A DNA stretch of 64,000 bases from Candidatus Latescibacterota bacterium (GTDB lineage: Bacteria; Latescibacterota; UBA2968): the NCBI GenBank assembly GCA_965207885.1, contig OZ242311.1:5792001-5856000 (forward strand). The letters are read 5' to 3'. Below, in pieces: positions 46,496-57,439 of the stretch. The position numbers were made by a program, and so were the translations under genes. Numbering within the stretch: position 1 is the first letter of the stretch; the number at the start of each line of letters is the position of its first letter. The notes below the pieces were generated by a model, which saw only the letters and a list, made by a program, of their open reading frames with translations, was not told where the DNA came from and did no database searches.

Positions 46496-47260
46496 ATGTA
46501 TTTATCGCCAAAAGAAATTGACAAATTGATGCTGCACAACGCGGGTTTTCTCGCGCAGAAGCGGTATGCCCGGGGCTTGCGTCTCAATTATCCCGAAGCC
46601 GTGTCGCTTATCGCGGCACAGCTTCTCGAGTTTATCCGCGATGGCGAGTCCGTTGCTATACTTATGGACAAAGGCAAGCAGTTGTTGGGTACGGAAGATG
46701 TTTTGCCCGGTGTTCCGGATATGGTTCACGAGGTGCAGGTGGAGGGTACGTTTCCCGATGGGACGAAGCTCGTGACGGTTCACCATCCCATTTGCCGCGC
46801 AGAAGGTGATTCTGAACTCGCGTTGTACGGTTCGGGCCTCGCGCGCGTTCGATCGCCCTGGTCACCGGATAATGCGGTTTCGGAAATGCCGGGTGCCGGG
46901 ACCACGGCGGTTGAGCCAATTACGCTCAATGCGGATCGGGAGACGATTTCCCTTTCTGTGACCAATACCGGAGATCGTCCGATACAGGTGGGTTCGCATT
47001 ATACATTTTTTGAAGTCAATCCCGCGCTTTCGTTTGATCGCGAAAAAGCCTATGGCTTCCGTCTCGATATTCCATCTGGTACTGCCGTGCGTTTTGAACC
47101 GGGGGAAAGTAGAACGGTCAATCTCGTAGCTATTGCCGGCAACCGCACAGTTTATGGGGGTAATGGCCTTATTTCGGGGCAGATTGATGAGAATAAGGCA
47201 GAGGCTTTGCAAAGGGCAGGAGACGGTGGATTTAAGGGGATTCCAAATGTCTCAGATTGA
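46496..47260 (+). CDS. ureAB: Urease gamma/beta fused subunit
   Basis: [15 protein letters not shown] (gamma) plus [13 protein letters not shown]...[15 protein letters not shown] (beta). Confidence 0.95.
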   Translation: MYLSPKEIDKLMLHNAGFLAQKRYARGLRLNYPEAVSLIAAQLLEFIRDGESVAILMDKGKQLLGTEDVLPGVPDMVHEVQVEGTFPDGTKLVTVHHPICRAEGDSELALYGSGLARVRSPWSPDNAVSEMPGAGTTAVEPITLNADRETISLSVTNTGDRPIQVGSHYTFFEVNPALSFDREKAYGFRLDIPSGTAVRFEPGESRTVNLVAIAGNRTVYGGNGLISGQIDENKAEALQRAGDGGFKGIPNVSD

Positions 47261-48950
47261 TCGAATCGCTTATGCCAGTATGTACGGTCCCACAACGGGA
47301 GACCGCGTTCAGTTGGGCGATACCCATCTCGTCGTTGAGGTGGAGAACGATTATACGATTTACGGCGATGAGTGCAAGTTTGGCGGGGGTAAGGTACTCC
47401 GCGATGGCATGGGCCAGGCTACAGGTGTGTCGCAGGATAGGGCGCTGGATCTCGTTATTACTAATGCGCTTGTCGTTGACTATACGGGGATATACAAAGC
47501 GGATATTGGGATTAAAGACGGGCGTGTCGCCGGTATTGGCAAGGCGGGTAATCCCGATATTATGTCGGGTGTTGATTCCGATCTCATCGTGGGGGTTACG
47601 ACCGAGGTTATCGCGGGCGAAGGTCATATGCTCACGGCTGGCGCGCTCGATGTGCATGTCCACTTTATCTGTCCTCAGCAGGTTGAAGAGGCGATAGCTT
47701 CGGGTATTACGACTATGCTGGGTGGCGGTACGGGTCCGGCGACAGGGACCAATGCTACGACGTGTACACCGGGGGCGCATCACATTCGCATGATGCTGGA
47801 GTCGAGTGATGCCTTTCCCCTCAATTTTGGTTTTTTGGGCAAGGGCAATTCTTCGCTTCCGCAGGGGCTTATTGAGCAGATTGAAGGGGGTGCATGCGGG
47901 CTTAAACTCCACGAGGACTGGGGTACGACGCCTGCTGCTATTGATTCCTGTCTTTCGGTTGCCGATGAATACGATGTTCAGGTGGCGATTCATACGGATA
48001 CGCTCAATGAGTCGGGTTTTGTGGAGCAGAGCTGTGCGGCTTTTAAGGGGCGCACGATTCACACGTATCACACCGAGGGTGCGGGTGGGGGACACGCGCC
48101 GGATATTATGCGTCTTTGTGGCGAGGCGAATGTTTTGCCTTCTTCCACCAATCCCACGCGGCCTTTTACGGCGAATACGATTGATGAGCATCTGGATATG
48201 CTTATGGTGTGCCATCATCTGGATAAAAATATACCCGAGGATGTGGCTTTTGCCGAGAGCCGCATTCGGCAGGAGACGATTGCGGCAGAAGATATTTTGC
48301 ACGATATGGGGGCGCTGTCGATTATTGCATCGGATAGTCAGGCGATGGGGCGCGTGGGGGAGGTTATTTGTCGCACGTGGCAGACCGCCCATAAGATGCG
48401 CGAGCAGCGCGGTGCACTGCGCGGCGATCAGGGGAATGATAATGGGCGTGTGAAGCGGTATATCGCCAAATATACGATTAATCCCGCGACGGCTCATGGT
48501 TTGAGCGATTATATCGGTTCGGTTGAGGTGGGCAAGCTCGCGGATCTGGTGCTCTGGAAGCCATCTTTTTTTGGTGCAAAACCCGAGATGGTGATTAAGG
48601 GAGGCGTGATCGCATATTCGCAGATGGGCGATCCAAATGCTTCGATTCCCACGCCGCAACCCGTGTATCCGCGTCCTATGTTCGGCGCTTATGGCAATGC
48701 CGTGGGTTCTGCGTCTCTCGCTTTTGTCTCCAGGGTTTCGCTGGATACGGTTGGGTCTTATGATCTGTCCAAGAGCGTTGTTGCGGTGTCCAATTGTCGG
48801 GATATTGGGAAGAGGGATATGAAGCTCAACGATTTTATTCCCGATATTCACATTGATCCGGAGACTTATAGCGTTACGGTCAATGGCGAGTTGCTTACCT
48901 GTGAGGCGGCAGAGAAATTGCCGCTGGCGCAGCTTTATAATTTGTTTTGA
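47247..48950 (+). CDS. ureC: Urease alpha subunit
   Basis: [40 protein letters not shown]. Start at ATG 47247. Confidence 0.97.
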   Translation: MSQIDRIAYASMYGPTTGDRVQLGDTHLVVEVENDYTIYGDECKFGGGKVLRDGMGQATGVSQDRALDLVITNALVVDYTGIYKADIGIKDGRVAGIGKAGNPDIMSGVDSDLIVGVTTEVIAGEGHMLTAGALDVHVHFICPQQVEEAIASGITTMLGGGTGPATGTNATTCTPGAHHIRMMLESSDAFPLNFGFLGKGNSSLPQGLIEQIEGGACGLKLHEDWGTTPAAIDSCLSVADEYDVQVAIHTDTLNESGFVEQSCAAFKGRTIHTYHTEGAGGGHAPDIMRLCGEANVLPSSTNPTRPFTANTIDEHLDMLMVCHHLDKNIPEDVAFAESRIRQETIAAEDILHDMGALSIIASDSQAMGRVGEVICRTWQTAHKMREQRGALRGDQGNDNGRVKRYIAKYTINPATAHGLSDYIGSVEVGKLADLVLWKPSFFGAKPEMVIKGGVIAYSQMGDPNASIPTPQPVYPRPMFGAYGNAVGSASLAFVSRVSLDTVGSYDLSKSVVAVSNCRDIGKRDMKLNDFIPDIHIDPETYSVTVNGELLTCEAAEKLPLAQLYNLF

Positions 48951-48952
48951 TT

Positions 48953-49621
48953 ATGCTATTCGATCTTCTCACGCTTGCCGATAGCAATTTCCCTACGGGT
49001 GGATATGCTTTTTCCAATGGGTTGGAGGCCACCAAACAGATGGGGTTGTTGCGGTCTTCTGATGATCTGGATGCGTATCTTCAAACGGTGATTCACGCGA
49101 CGGCAAATGGTGAGATTCCGTTTATTAATACGTGTTTTAAGGGTGATTTGATTCCCGCTAATTTGACCGATGTTCTACTCGCGTACGACGCGATGCTCAC
49201 GGCACCGGCGATTGTCCGCGGCAGTGAGGTGCAAGGGCGCAATTTGTTGCGGCTGATGCGCGATTTGTATTTTTCCGATGCGATGACGCGGTTGCACAAA
49301 ATCTTACTTTCGCAACCTGTGCCGGCTCATTATACGATTGTTTTTGGTGCGACGTTCCGGATTGCGGGGCTTAAACGCGGGCAGACGTGTCGGATTTTTA
49401 TGTATCAGTTTTTGCGTGATCAGATCAGTGCAGCTGTTCGCCTGGGGCAGATTGGTCCTCTCGAAGCTGCGCGGTTGCAAAAACATCATCACAAGACGAC
49501 GATTAATGCTGTGACTTCTGTCGCGCAGGTAGATTATACGTGTGCGACGCGCTGTGCGCCCCAGTGGGATATTGCACAGGGTATGCACGAGTATCTGTAT
49601 TCGCGATTGTTTCAGAGTTAG
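48953..49621 (+). CDS. ureF: Urease accessory protein UreF
   Basis: [18 protein letters not shown]; SAAVRL; [11 protein letters not shown]. Confidence 0.93.
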   Translation: MLFDLLTLADSNFPTGGYAFSNGLEATKQMGLLRSSDDLDAYLQTVIHATANGEIPFINTCFKGDLIPANLTDVLLAYDAMLTAPAIVRGSEVQGRNLLRLMRDLYFSDAMTRLHKILLSQPVPAHYTIVFGATFRIAGLKRGQTCRIFMYQFLRDQISAAVRLGQIGPLEAARLQKHHHKTTINAVTSVAQVDYTCATRCAPQWDIAQGMHEYLYSRLFQS

Positions 49622-49631
49622 AGGATTTTCT

Positions 49632-50357
49632 ATGCACAATCACGATCATAATCACGATCATTCTCACGAGCCTTTTGATTCTGCCGGTGACTTTGCCCTG
49701 CGCGAGTCGGTTCTTTGTGACCGCGATTTTTCTCAGCGGGCGTTTACCGTGGGGGTTGGTGGTCCGGTGGGTACGGGGAAGACGGCGCTTGTTCGCGTGT
49801 TGTGCGAAGCTCTGCGCGATCGCTTTAGTCTCGGTGTGGTTACGAATGATATTTTTACACGCGAAGATGCCGAGTTTCTTTTGCGTCACAAGGTGCTTGA
49901 GGCCGATCGCATTATTGGGGTTGAGACGGGCGGATGCCCGCATGCAGCTATTCGGGAGGATATTTCGCTCAATTTGAATGCGCTCGAGGATTTGATGATC
50001 CGCTTTGGGTGCGATATCGATCTGCTTTTTGTGGAGAGTGGCGGCGATAATCTGGCGGCGCATTTTAGCAAGGAGCTTGTCGATTACGCGATTTATGTAA
50101 TTGATGTCTCCGCTGGGGATAAGATTCCCCGAAAAGGGGGTCCGGGGATTACCCAATCGGATTTGCTGGTTATCAATAAAACCGATCTTGCCGGTCTCGT
50201 TGGCGCAGACCTGGGGGTTATGGCGCGAGATGCAAAGAAGATGCGCGGCGATGGTCCCACGCTTTTTGCCTGTCTCAAACACGGGTCGGGGCTTGACGAG
50301 ATTATCGAGCATGTTCTCGATGCACGCAGGTCTGTTCTGTCACCTCAGGCGCGATGA
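49632..50357 (+). CDS. ureG: Urease accessory GTPase UreG with His-rich N-terminus
   Basis: [12 protein letters not shown]; GGPVGTGKT; ETGGCPH; ESGGDNL; NKTD. Confidence 0.95.
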   Translation: MHNHDHNHDHSHEPFDSAGDFALRESVLCDRDFSQRAFTVGVGGPVGTGKTALVRVLCEALRDRFSLGVVTNDIFTREDAEFLLRHKVLEADRIIGVETGGCPHAAIREDISLNLNALEDLMIRFGCDIDLLFVESGGDNLAAHFSKELVDYAIYVIDVSAGDKIPRKGGPGITQSDLLVINKTDLAGLVGADLGVMARDAKKMRGDGPTLFACLKHGSGLDEIIEHVLDARRSVLSPQAR

Positions 50358-51187
50358 TGTCTTCCCTCCCTTCCCAAATTGAGGTGACTCGCAATGGCGC
50401 CCGTTCTGTCCTCTCTGCCTGTCGCTCAGTAGCACCTTTGAAGTTGCTCAATCCCGCCGCGCAGGGCGATTATTGCGCTGTTGTGCTTTCCAGTTATGGG
50501 GGCGGTATGGTGGAGGGGGATGCGACGACGCTGTGTGTGCGCTGTGGTGAGGGGGCATCTCTTTATCTGGGTACTCAGGCGTTTACCAAAGTTTATAAGA
50601 GTCCCAATGGTATTCCGTGTAAGCAGATAATTAGTGGTGAGGTCGAGGCCGGGAGCCTTGCCGTTGTTTTGCCCGATCCCGTTGTCCCTTATGCGCGAAG
50701 TGTTTTTGAGCAGGCGCAGACGTGGCATCTGGCGTCTGACGCATGTCTGGTGCTGGCTGATGGTCATACGGCTGGACGCGTGGCTTTTGGGGAGTGTTTT
50801 GGGTACACGAGTTACCGGTCTGATATTACTGTGCATACGCCCGAACGCCCGGTTCTGATCGAGCGCTATTATTCTGAGCCGGAGGCGTTGCCGCCGGTAT
50901 ATGCGGGCGCGTTTGGGGTTTATAACGTTGTTTTTAATATTTTTGTTGCTGGTTCTTCTGTGAGATTTGCATATCTGGTCAAAAGTCTTTCCCAATCGCT
51001 CACTCCTTTGTTGAAACCTTCGCAGGATTCTTTGTTGCTTTCCTTTGCTTCCCCAAGGCCCGATCTTTTTGTGATACGATCCCTCGCGCAAAATGTCGAG
51101 TGCCTTCTTCCTCTCTATACAGCCCTCCGCAATGCAATCGCCCATCCCAATGTTCTCGGTGCAGATCCGCTGGCGCGAAAGTATTGA
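50354..51187 (+). CDS. ureD: Urease accessory protein UreD
   Basis: [42 protein letters not shown]; ends RKY. Confidence 0.9.
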   Translation: MMSSLPSQIEVTRNGARSVLSACRSVAPLKLLNPAAQGDYCAVVLSSYGGGMVEGDATTLCVRCGEGASLYLGTQAFTKVYKSPNGIPCKQIISGEVEAGSLAVVLPDPVVPYARSVFEQAQTWHLASDACLVLADGHTAGRVAFGECFGYTSYRSDITVHTPERPVLIERYYSEPEALPPVYAGAFGVYNVVFNIFVAGSSVRFAYLVKSLSQSLTPLLKPSQDSLLLSFASPRPDLFVIRSLAQNVECLLPLYTALRNAIAHPNVLGADPLARKY

Positions 51188-51384
51188 AGCGGTCAGTGTT
51201 TAGCCTGCCCCGGGCCCCAACGGTGCACAACTGCGATAGCAATTAATCCCCAGTAGTACTTGATATTCCCCGAAATATGAGTTAGTTTGATGTTTAAGGC
51301 GACAACACCGTACTCACCCCTTCGACAAATCAGCGATCCTCTCCCTCCCAATAGCTGCAAATAAAAAAACGTGCTTAAATACCC

Positions 51385-51413
51385 TTGATGATTTTGGCAG
51401 GTGAGAGTATAAT
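51385..51413 (+). promoter_or_regulatory. Sigma70 promoter for the restriction-modification genes
   Basis: TTGATG-17-TATAAT. Confidence 0.6.
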
Positions 51414-51484
51414 AGTGTAGAATTGAGTTTTAATAAAATTTAAACTTTTATTTTCCAATAGTTTATATAGTTTTTTGGTCGAAA

Positions 51485-52531
51485 ATGGAGTATTTTACCA
51501 TGCCTTATCCCAGGACCGTAGAGGAACTCAAAGAAAATGCTGTGATCTATTGGCCTTCTGAGATAGCTGAGAAAGAGAGAAATTCCAGTATTATTCCATT
51601 GCTCCTCGCAACGCAAGATCATTTTATCAGTGTACTACATCTTGCGGATAAAGACCCTTATGCTTGGACTCAACTCTTGTCTCTCACGGATGCGCTCTAT
51701 CCTAATCTTTTTTTAAAACACCTTTGTATTTTATCCGATATAGGTGGAGAAAGCTTAAAACGCTTTGCAACAGAGTTTCCGAGGGTATTCCAAAACGAAA
51801 GTTTTCAATTTATCTTTCGCGATAAAATTTATGAGCATGAAATGAATTCTCTTTTTCAGGGCAAGAAGTGGAGCAATCCCAGTTTAGGGCTTGACGGAGA
51901 TGGTCTTCAGCAACATTTTGATCTTATAGACGGCATTTTTGATGTCAGTATTCTGATCCTCTTTGGGAGTTTGTCAATTAATACTTTGCCAGAAGAAATC
52001 CAAAACAAATGTGTTATTGGCTCAATGCTTGGCGACAAGAGACAATTAAAAAAATACATCAAAGAACGATATATCTGGGTGAGTCGAATTACTGGAGGCG
52101 CAACATCCAACAGGATGGGTAATCTTGCTCAGGACTATGTCAAAGAACGGTTGGCACAATATCTTCCGCGTTGGAATTTTTCCAGATCTACTATTCCTGG
52201 CATCAGCCAAAATGAAGGCAGGACAGATACGAGATTTGACATCGTTGGTACAAGCCCTGATGGTAGTACTTCCTGGGGTATTGAAGTGAGTTTTCAATTC
52301 ACGACAAATAGCGTTGTAGAAAGAAAGGCCAAACTCGCATATGATAGACAAATGCTTCTTCATGACAAAGGCCATAAGGTTGCGTATGTCGTTGATGGCG
52401 CAGGTAATTTTGAACGTCGTTCTTTTGTCCAAGATTTAATCGACTATAGTGATTGTATTGTCAATTTTAGTGAAATCGATATCCAATATCTTGCAAAGAC
52501 TATGGAAGGAAATGTTTCAAATGGCACATAG
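51485..52531 (+). CDS. Type II restriction endonuclease, BanI/HgiCI-like
   Basis: SIIPLL, PNLFLKHL..L.D.GGE, IKERYIWVSRITGGA, FD...IEVSFQFTTNSVVERK, DGAGNF resemble R.BanI as recalled; low GC. Confidence 0.8.
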   Translation: MEYFTMPYPRTVEELKENAVIYWPSEIAEKERNSSIIPLLLATQDHFISVLHLADKDPYAWTQLLSLTDALYPNLFLKHLCILSDIGGESLKRFATEFPRVFQNESFQFIFRDKIYEHEMNSLFQGKKWSNPSLGLDGDGLQQHFDLIDGIFDVSILILFGSLSINTLPEEIQNKCVIGSMLGDKRQLKKYIKERYIWVSRITGGATSNRMGNLAQDYVKERLAQYLPRWNFSRSTIPGISQNEGRTDTRFDIVGTSPDGSTSWGIEVSFQFTTNSVVERKAKLAYDRQMLLHDKGHKVAYVVDGAGNFERRSFVQDLIDYSDCIVNFSEIDIQYLAKTMEGNVSNGT

Positions 52532-54308
52532 AAGCGAAGACAGCAAACCTTTAAGTATCTCAATGAGAAAATTTGAAGGTTTTCCAAAATTGTCATTAAT
52601 ATCATTACAACCGGATGTATGGCTTTTTCATTTGCCGACGGAAGTCGATTTTGACAATGAAATCCCTACAGGATTTTTCGAGCAAGATTTTGTCCCTTTC
52701 CAAGAAAAGCTACCAGAAGAAAGTGTGATTTGTTTTTTGACCCATCCCCATATCGCTTGCTATGTGATAGAAGAACTTCAGAATATTATCAATTTCAAAC
52801 TCTGGATTGCTGTTAAACGCAAGCAAACAATATTGAAACAAGGTGCTTTACCCGATGATCATGTTGCGCTTTTGGTTTTTACTAATTACAAGGGTTCTCT
52901 ACAACATAATAAAACTCAAATCGCATATACATATTGTCCTGACTGTGGCAAAACAACAAAGGACTATGGCGGGAAGAAGCATCTTTACAGCCCCTATGGA
53001 ACGCTGATGTCAGACATTTGGCGCGATATATCTTACGAGAATGATGGAGAACCGAATGCGATTCTGAATAGGCTAAAGGATCTGTTTGGACTTGAGCCTC
53101 ACAAACAAATTGTTTATTGTGATGGCAGAGATTTTTTTGAGTTTTCGACAAAAGAGAAGCGGTGTACAACTGGGACAGCAGTTCAAGTGAAACTGCCTCA
53201 CTCTTCAGGTGATGTTCTAAATGATCCCGGTGAGAGTCGTTTACTCAACGGAGATTGTCTGGATATCCTTAAAACCATACCTGAAAATTCCGTAGATTTT
53301 ATTTTTGCAGATCCTCCATATAATATCAAAAAGAAATACGACAGTTGGGATGATGCACAGGATATTACTGATTATTTTTCCTGGTGTGATCAATGGATCG
53401 CAGAATCGGCCAGAATATTGAAACCCGGTCGAACTTTTGCAATGATAAATATCCCGCTTTGGGTCGTTAGACATTTTTCTTTTGCGAAAAGGATTTTAGA
53501 TTATCAGGACTGGATAGTCTGGGAAGGATTGAGCTTACCTCTTAGAAAAATTATGCCTGCACATTATGGTATTATCTGCTTTAGCAAAGGTAAACCAATT
53601 GAAATTGCCAATCACGAACAGGAATCCAGTGGGGAAATCTTTCAGGAGAGTATGAGCCTTAAGCCCTGGTATTGTGTTAGGAGTACTTGTATTAAGAAAA
53701 GGAATGCAATCAAAATTACAGATCGACAATCCATTGGCAATTTGTGGTGGGATATTCACAGACTGAAACACAATTCAAAAAGGGTTGATCACCCGTGTCA
53801 GTTACCGCCCGCGTTGATGAAGCGGCTTATTCATACTTTTACCAGAGAAGGTGATCTCGTTTTGGACCCTTTCAATGGTGCAGGTACAACAACTTTGACT
53901 TCAGAGGTGCTTGGAAGGAAATTTATTGGTATTGAACTTTCGGCTACATATCACGCGATTGCCAATGAAAGACATCAGGATCTGAGAAAGGGTAAGGATC
54001 CGTTTGCAAAAAATGGGACAACGCCAAAGGCAAAAAATAGCAGAGTCGCTCGCTTACAAAAACAGAAATACGAGGTTCCCAAGAAAACCCTACAACTCGA
54101 GGTTAAAGAAATTGCCATCAGACTGGGACGGAGGCCCGATAGAGAGGATATTGTTAAATTCAGCAAATATCCCATTCGCTATTTTGACGAATATTTCATT
54201 GATTGGGGGGAAGTGTGTAGCGCAGTAGGTGATAAAGGTATGATCGATATCCCTTCCCCATCTTCATCAAACGCGCAGCAAACCGAACTGTCCTTTGGAG
54301 CGGATTGA
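52521..54308 (+). CDS. N4/N6 (beta-class) DNA methyltransferase with N- and C-terminal extra domains
   Basis: GDCL..L, FADPPYN, HPCQLP, VLDPFNGAGTT, FIGIE. Confidence 0.88.
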   Translation: MAHRSEDSKPLSISMRKFEGFPKLSLISLQPDVWLFHLPTEVDFDNEIPTGFFEQDFVPFQEKLPEESVICFLTHPHIACYVIEELQNIINFKLWIAVKRKQTILKQGALPDDHVALLVFTNYKGSLQHNKTQIAYTYCPDCGKTTKDYGGKKHLYSPYGTLMSDIWRDISYENDGEPNAILNRLKDLFGLEPHKQIVYCDGRDFFEFSTKEKRCTTGTAVQVKLPHSSGDVLNDPGESRLLNGDCLDILKTIPENSVDFIFADPPYNIKKKYDSWDDAQDITDYFSWCDQWIAESARILKPGRTFAMINIPLWVVRHFSFAKRILDYQDWIVWEGLSLPLRKIMPAHYGIICFSKGKPIEIANHEQESSGEIFQESMSLKPWYCVRSTCIKKRNAIKITDRQSIGNLWWDIHRLKHNSKRVDHPCQLPPALMKRLIHTFTREGDLVLDPFNGAGTTTLTSEVLGRKFIGIELSATYHAIANERHQDLRKGKDPFAKNGTTPKAKNSRVARLQKQKYEVPKKTLQLEVKEIAIRLGRRPDREDIVKFSKYPIRYFDEYFIDWGEVCSAVGDKGMIDIPSPSSSNAQQTELSFGAD

Positions 54309-54383
54309 ATTTATCTACATGTAGATGAACTTTTGGCGGAGTTGTACACCCCTTACCTGGCATTGACCAGAGGAGGAACTGTT

Positions 54384-55478
54384 ATGAAGATCACGAGCGT
54401 TGATTTGACTCCCGTTGCGTCGAGGCGTGAGACTGGACATTTGTCTCGTCACGTTATTGTTCGCATTCACACTGATGAGGGATTGATCGGTCTGGGGGAG
54501 ATGTCCGATGTGAACGACTGGAGTGTTATGTACGATCTCAATGATGTCAAGGGTGCCTACGAGTCGTTGCTCGTGGGAAAGGATCCGCTGGCGTGGCGCA
54601 CGATTACCATTGAAGCGAGGTCCCGGTTCCGAATGGGTGGGGCGATTCGAGCGGGGTTTGAGATCGGTCTTTTCGATTTGGTCGGCAAGATTCAGGGGCA
54701 GTCGGTTGCGGGTGTGTTTGGCGGGGCGCTGAGGGATAAGTGGCGCGTGTGTTATCCGATTTTCAGGAATTATTCCCGGGAAGATGCCGAGGCGAATATT
54801 GCGCGTGTCAATCGCCGGATGAAAGAGGGTCAGGATCTGTTTCGGCTGTATCACGGCGGCAATGTGGAGGCGGATGAGATTTTTTTGGATGGGGTGAAGT
54901 CGTCCTGGGGCGATCAGTTTGTGTTGAAGTCGCTCGATTTTAGCGGCGCACACAAGTGGAAACGGGTTGTGCAGGCGCTGGATGTTTTGCTGAGGTACTA
55001 CAGGCCTTTCCATCTGGAATCGGTCTCTGACCGGAGAGATCTGGAGGGTCAATACGAGGTGCGAAAGCGCATTGATCTGCCCATCAGCGAGCACGTCAGT
55101 TCACTGGATCAAGCCTATCAGTTTGCCAGGCACCGGTATGTCGATATTTTTAATATCAGTTTGTCGGGCGCGGGGGGGTTCACAAATGCGCTGCATATCG
55201 CGCAGGTTGCCGATGCGGCTGGTCTGTCGTGTCTGGTGGGTACGACGCAGGAGCTGTCCATTGGCGTGGCGGCTCAGGCGACGTTTGGTTCTGTGGTGGA
55301 GAATCTCGATTATCCGGGCGATCCAACAGGTGGGTTGCTGTACGAGAGCGATGTGGTTAAGGAGCGCATACAATACGAGAAGGGTTATGTGATTTTGCCA
55401 GAAGGTCCGGGGTTGGGGATGGAACTGGATGAGGAGAAGGTCGCCGCGATTTCAGAGCCTTTGAGTTCTGTGTCTTAG
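54384..55478 (+). CDS. Mandelate racemase/muconate lactonizing enzyme family protein
   Basis: VRIHTDEGLIGLGE; enolase-superfamily barrel; PEGPGLGMELDEE; AGGAGG RBS. Confidence 0.85.
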   Translation: MKITSVDLTPVASRRETGHLSRHVIVRIHTDEGLIGLGEMSDVNDWSVMYDLNDVKGAYESLLVGKDPLAWRTITIEARSRFRMGGAIRAGFEIGLFDLVGKIQGQSVAGVFGGALRDKWRVCYPIFRNYSREDAEANIARVNRRMKEGQDLFRLYHGGNVEADEIFLDGVKSSWGDQFVLKSLDFSGAHKWKRVVQALDVLLRYYRPFHLESVSDRRDLEGQYEVRKRIDLPISEHVSSLDQAYQFARHRYVDIFNISLSGAGGFTNALHIAQVADAAGLSCLVGTTQELSIGVAAQATFGSVVENLDYPGDPTGGLLYESDVVKERIQYEKGYVILPEGPGLGMELDEEKVAAISEPLSSVS

Positions 55479-55491
55479 AATAGGGGGGCTT

Positions 55492-56271
55492 ATGCTGACG
55501 GAGCAAGAGGTTCACTATTTCAAGACGTTCGGATTTCTGATTCTTCGGCAGGTGTTTGATCAGGACGAGTTGATGACGATTAACGAGGAGTTCGAGCATG
55601 CTCTGACAGCGGCGTATCAACACGCGCCTTTTGACGGGACGCGCCGGCATTGGGTACCCATGCTGGGATCGGATACGCCCTTTTTCGCGGGTTTGCTGGA
55701 AGATCTCAGGTTTTGCAGGGTGGCAGAGCAGCTCTACGGGGAGGATGTGTTTGGCGTGGCTTGCGATGCCAATCGCTATGTGGGCGATACGCAGTGGCAT
55801 CCGGATACGCGGAGTCCCCACCAGTATGGCGTTAAGTTCGCTTTTTATCTCAAGCCAGTAGATGCACAAAGCGGCGCGTTGCGCGTGTTACCGGGTTCAC
55901 ATATATGTCCTTTTCACGATGAGTTGCGACAGGCGCGAGAAGCGTCTCGCCTGGATCTCGACGAGGTACCGGCTTTTGTGTGTGCGTCAGAGCCGGGAGA
56001 TGTGGTGGCTTTTGACCTGCGGCTCTGGCATGCGAGTCTTGGTGGTGGTGTTGATCGCCGGATGTGTACGGCTGTCTATTACAATAATCCCAGGACTGCT
56101 GAGGAAGAGCGCGTGACGCGGGAGCAGGGGAGGTCGAATGCGGATACTGCGGTCAGATTCGATCGCCCTGCAGAGCCGATCCATCCGCCGCACTGGCTGG
56201 CAAATGTCCACGGAAATCCGAGGCGCCAGCGCTGGATTGACCGAATGAGAGTGCTTGAGTTTTTAGATTAG
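55492..56271 (+). CDS. Phytanoyl-CoA dioxygenase (PhyH) family protein
   Basis: FKTFGFL, WHPD, GALRVLPGSH, PGDVVAFD..LWHAS. Confidence 0.88.
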   Translation: MLTEQEVHYFKTFGFLILRQVFDQDELMTINEEFEHALTAAYQHAPFDGTRRHWVPMLGSDTPFFAGLLEDLRFCRVAEQLYGEDVFGVACDANRYVGDTQWHPDTRSPHQYGVKFAFYLKPVDAQSGALRVLPGSHICPFHDELRQAREASRLDLDEVPAFVCASEPGDVVAFDLRLWHASLGGGVDRRMCTAVYYNNPRTAEEERVTREQGRSNADTAVRFDRPAEPIHPPHWLANVHGNPRRQRWIDRMRVLEFLD

Positions 56272-56282
56272 GAGAGATTGCG

Positions 56283-57116
56283 ATGTCTCAAACAGCGGTC
56301 TGGTCCCCTGTTGAGGGTACTGTTGATGAGATTCTCGCGCAGGTTCCGCGGCCGTTCGATGCGATGATGGCGAGCGATATTCCCGCTGTTATCGTGCGTC
56401 GCGCGTTTCCGTCGGATCACTGTGCGGCTCTTATCGAGCGGTTTTACGAGCGCGGTTTGCTCTACGATCCGCGCAAGGTGGGTGATGGTAGTCCTCGGCG
56501 GGTCGATATCGGTACGAGTCTGGGTCACCACGGGAATGATCCAGATGCTTTTTACGAACATTCTCGTCAGACGCATGATCTTTTCTCGTATTTGTTTGAT
56601 GGGTATGAGGATCCCGTGAAGACGCTGTACGATGCGCTTGCCAGGATGCTGCCGGACAAGCGGGTTATGACGGCTCGGAGCGTTGATGGTCGCCTTTACG
56701 GTCCCTCTATTTTTAGAACTTATCACGAGGGTGTGGGGCATTACCCGCATTACGATTCCGTGTCCAAGCGTTCCAAGCGCTACAATTTCACAGTTTCCCG
56801 GTTCAGACATCAGTTTGCGGGTGTGCTGTGTTTTCAGAATAGTGAGGATCGAGGTGATAGCGGCGAGGGGGTCCTGTACAGGGCGCCTATGTCGCCGGAG
56901 TTTCAACGCCCCCTCGAGGAGAGGCGGTTTCGAGAATTCGCAGAGGAGGAGGGGATTGCGCGCGTGCAGGTCAATCTGGAGCCGGGCGATCTTTACTTTT
57001 TTTATTCGGAGACGATTCACGAAGTTCCTTTTGTCGCAGGCTCTCAGCCCCGCGTTGTGCTGGCGTCGTTTATCGGTATGTCTGAGGACGACCCAGAGGT
57101 TTATTTGTGGTCATGA
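56283..57116 (+). CDS. Putative 2OG-Fe(II) oxygenase
   Basis: HYD...PGDLYFF...IHEV...R facial-triad pattern. Confidence 0.7.
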   Translation: MSQTAVWSPVEGTVDEILAQVPRPFDAMMASDIPAVIVRRAFPSDHCAALIERFYERGLLYDPRKVGDGSPRRVDIGTSLGHHGNDPDAFYEHSRQTHDLFSYLFDGYEDPVKTLYDALARMLPDKRVMTARSVDGRLYGPSIFRTYHEGVGHYPHYDSVSKRSKRYNFTVSRFRHQFAGVLCFQNSEDRGDSGEGVLYRAPMSPEFQRPLEERRFREFAEEEGIARVQVNLEPGDLYFFYSETIHEVPFVAGSQPRVVLASFIGMSEDDPEVYLWS

Positions 57117-57125
57117 GGTACGCCC

Positions 57126-57395
57126 ATGAAAACAGTTTCCCTACAAATCACATATCGCAAGGGCAAACCATTTGCTGCCTATATTTATCTCTCTCATCGG
57201 TGCGGACAGAAAAGTGTACGCACCGAAGCGATAACAGAAGACCTGCTCATAGACTACGCTCAAGATGGTACGCCTCTTGGAATTGAGATCGTCTCGCCCG
57301 GAATTGTGAGTATAGATGAGATACAGGGTGTCTTTGATCGTCTGGGGCTTGGCAGAGTGGAACCCGTAGAGTTGGAGCCGCTCAATGCAGCGTAA
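57126..57395 (+). CDS. DUF2283 domain protein
   Basis: AAYIYL...SVRT...LLIDYAQDGTPLGIEI. Confidence 0.75.
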   Translation: MKTVSLQITYRKGKPFAAYIYLSHRCGQKSVRTEAITEDLLIDYAQDGTPLGIEIVSPGIVSIDEIQGVFDRLGLGRVEPVELEPLNAA

Positions 57396-57439
57396 CTGTT
57401 TTGTCTCCAATGTTCTAAACTATCAATTGGATTTTTCCT

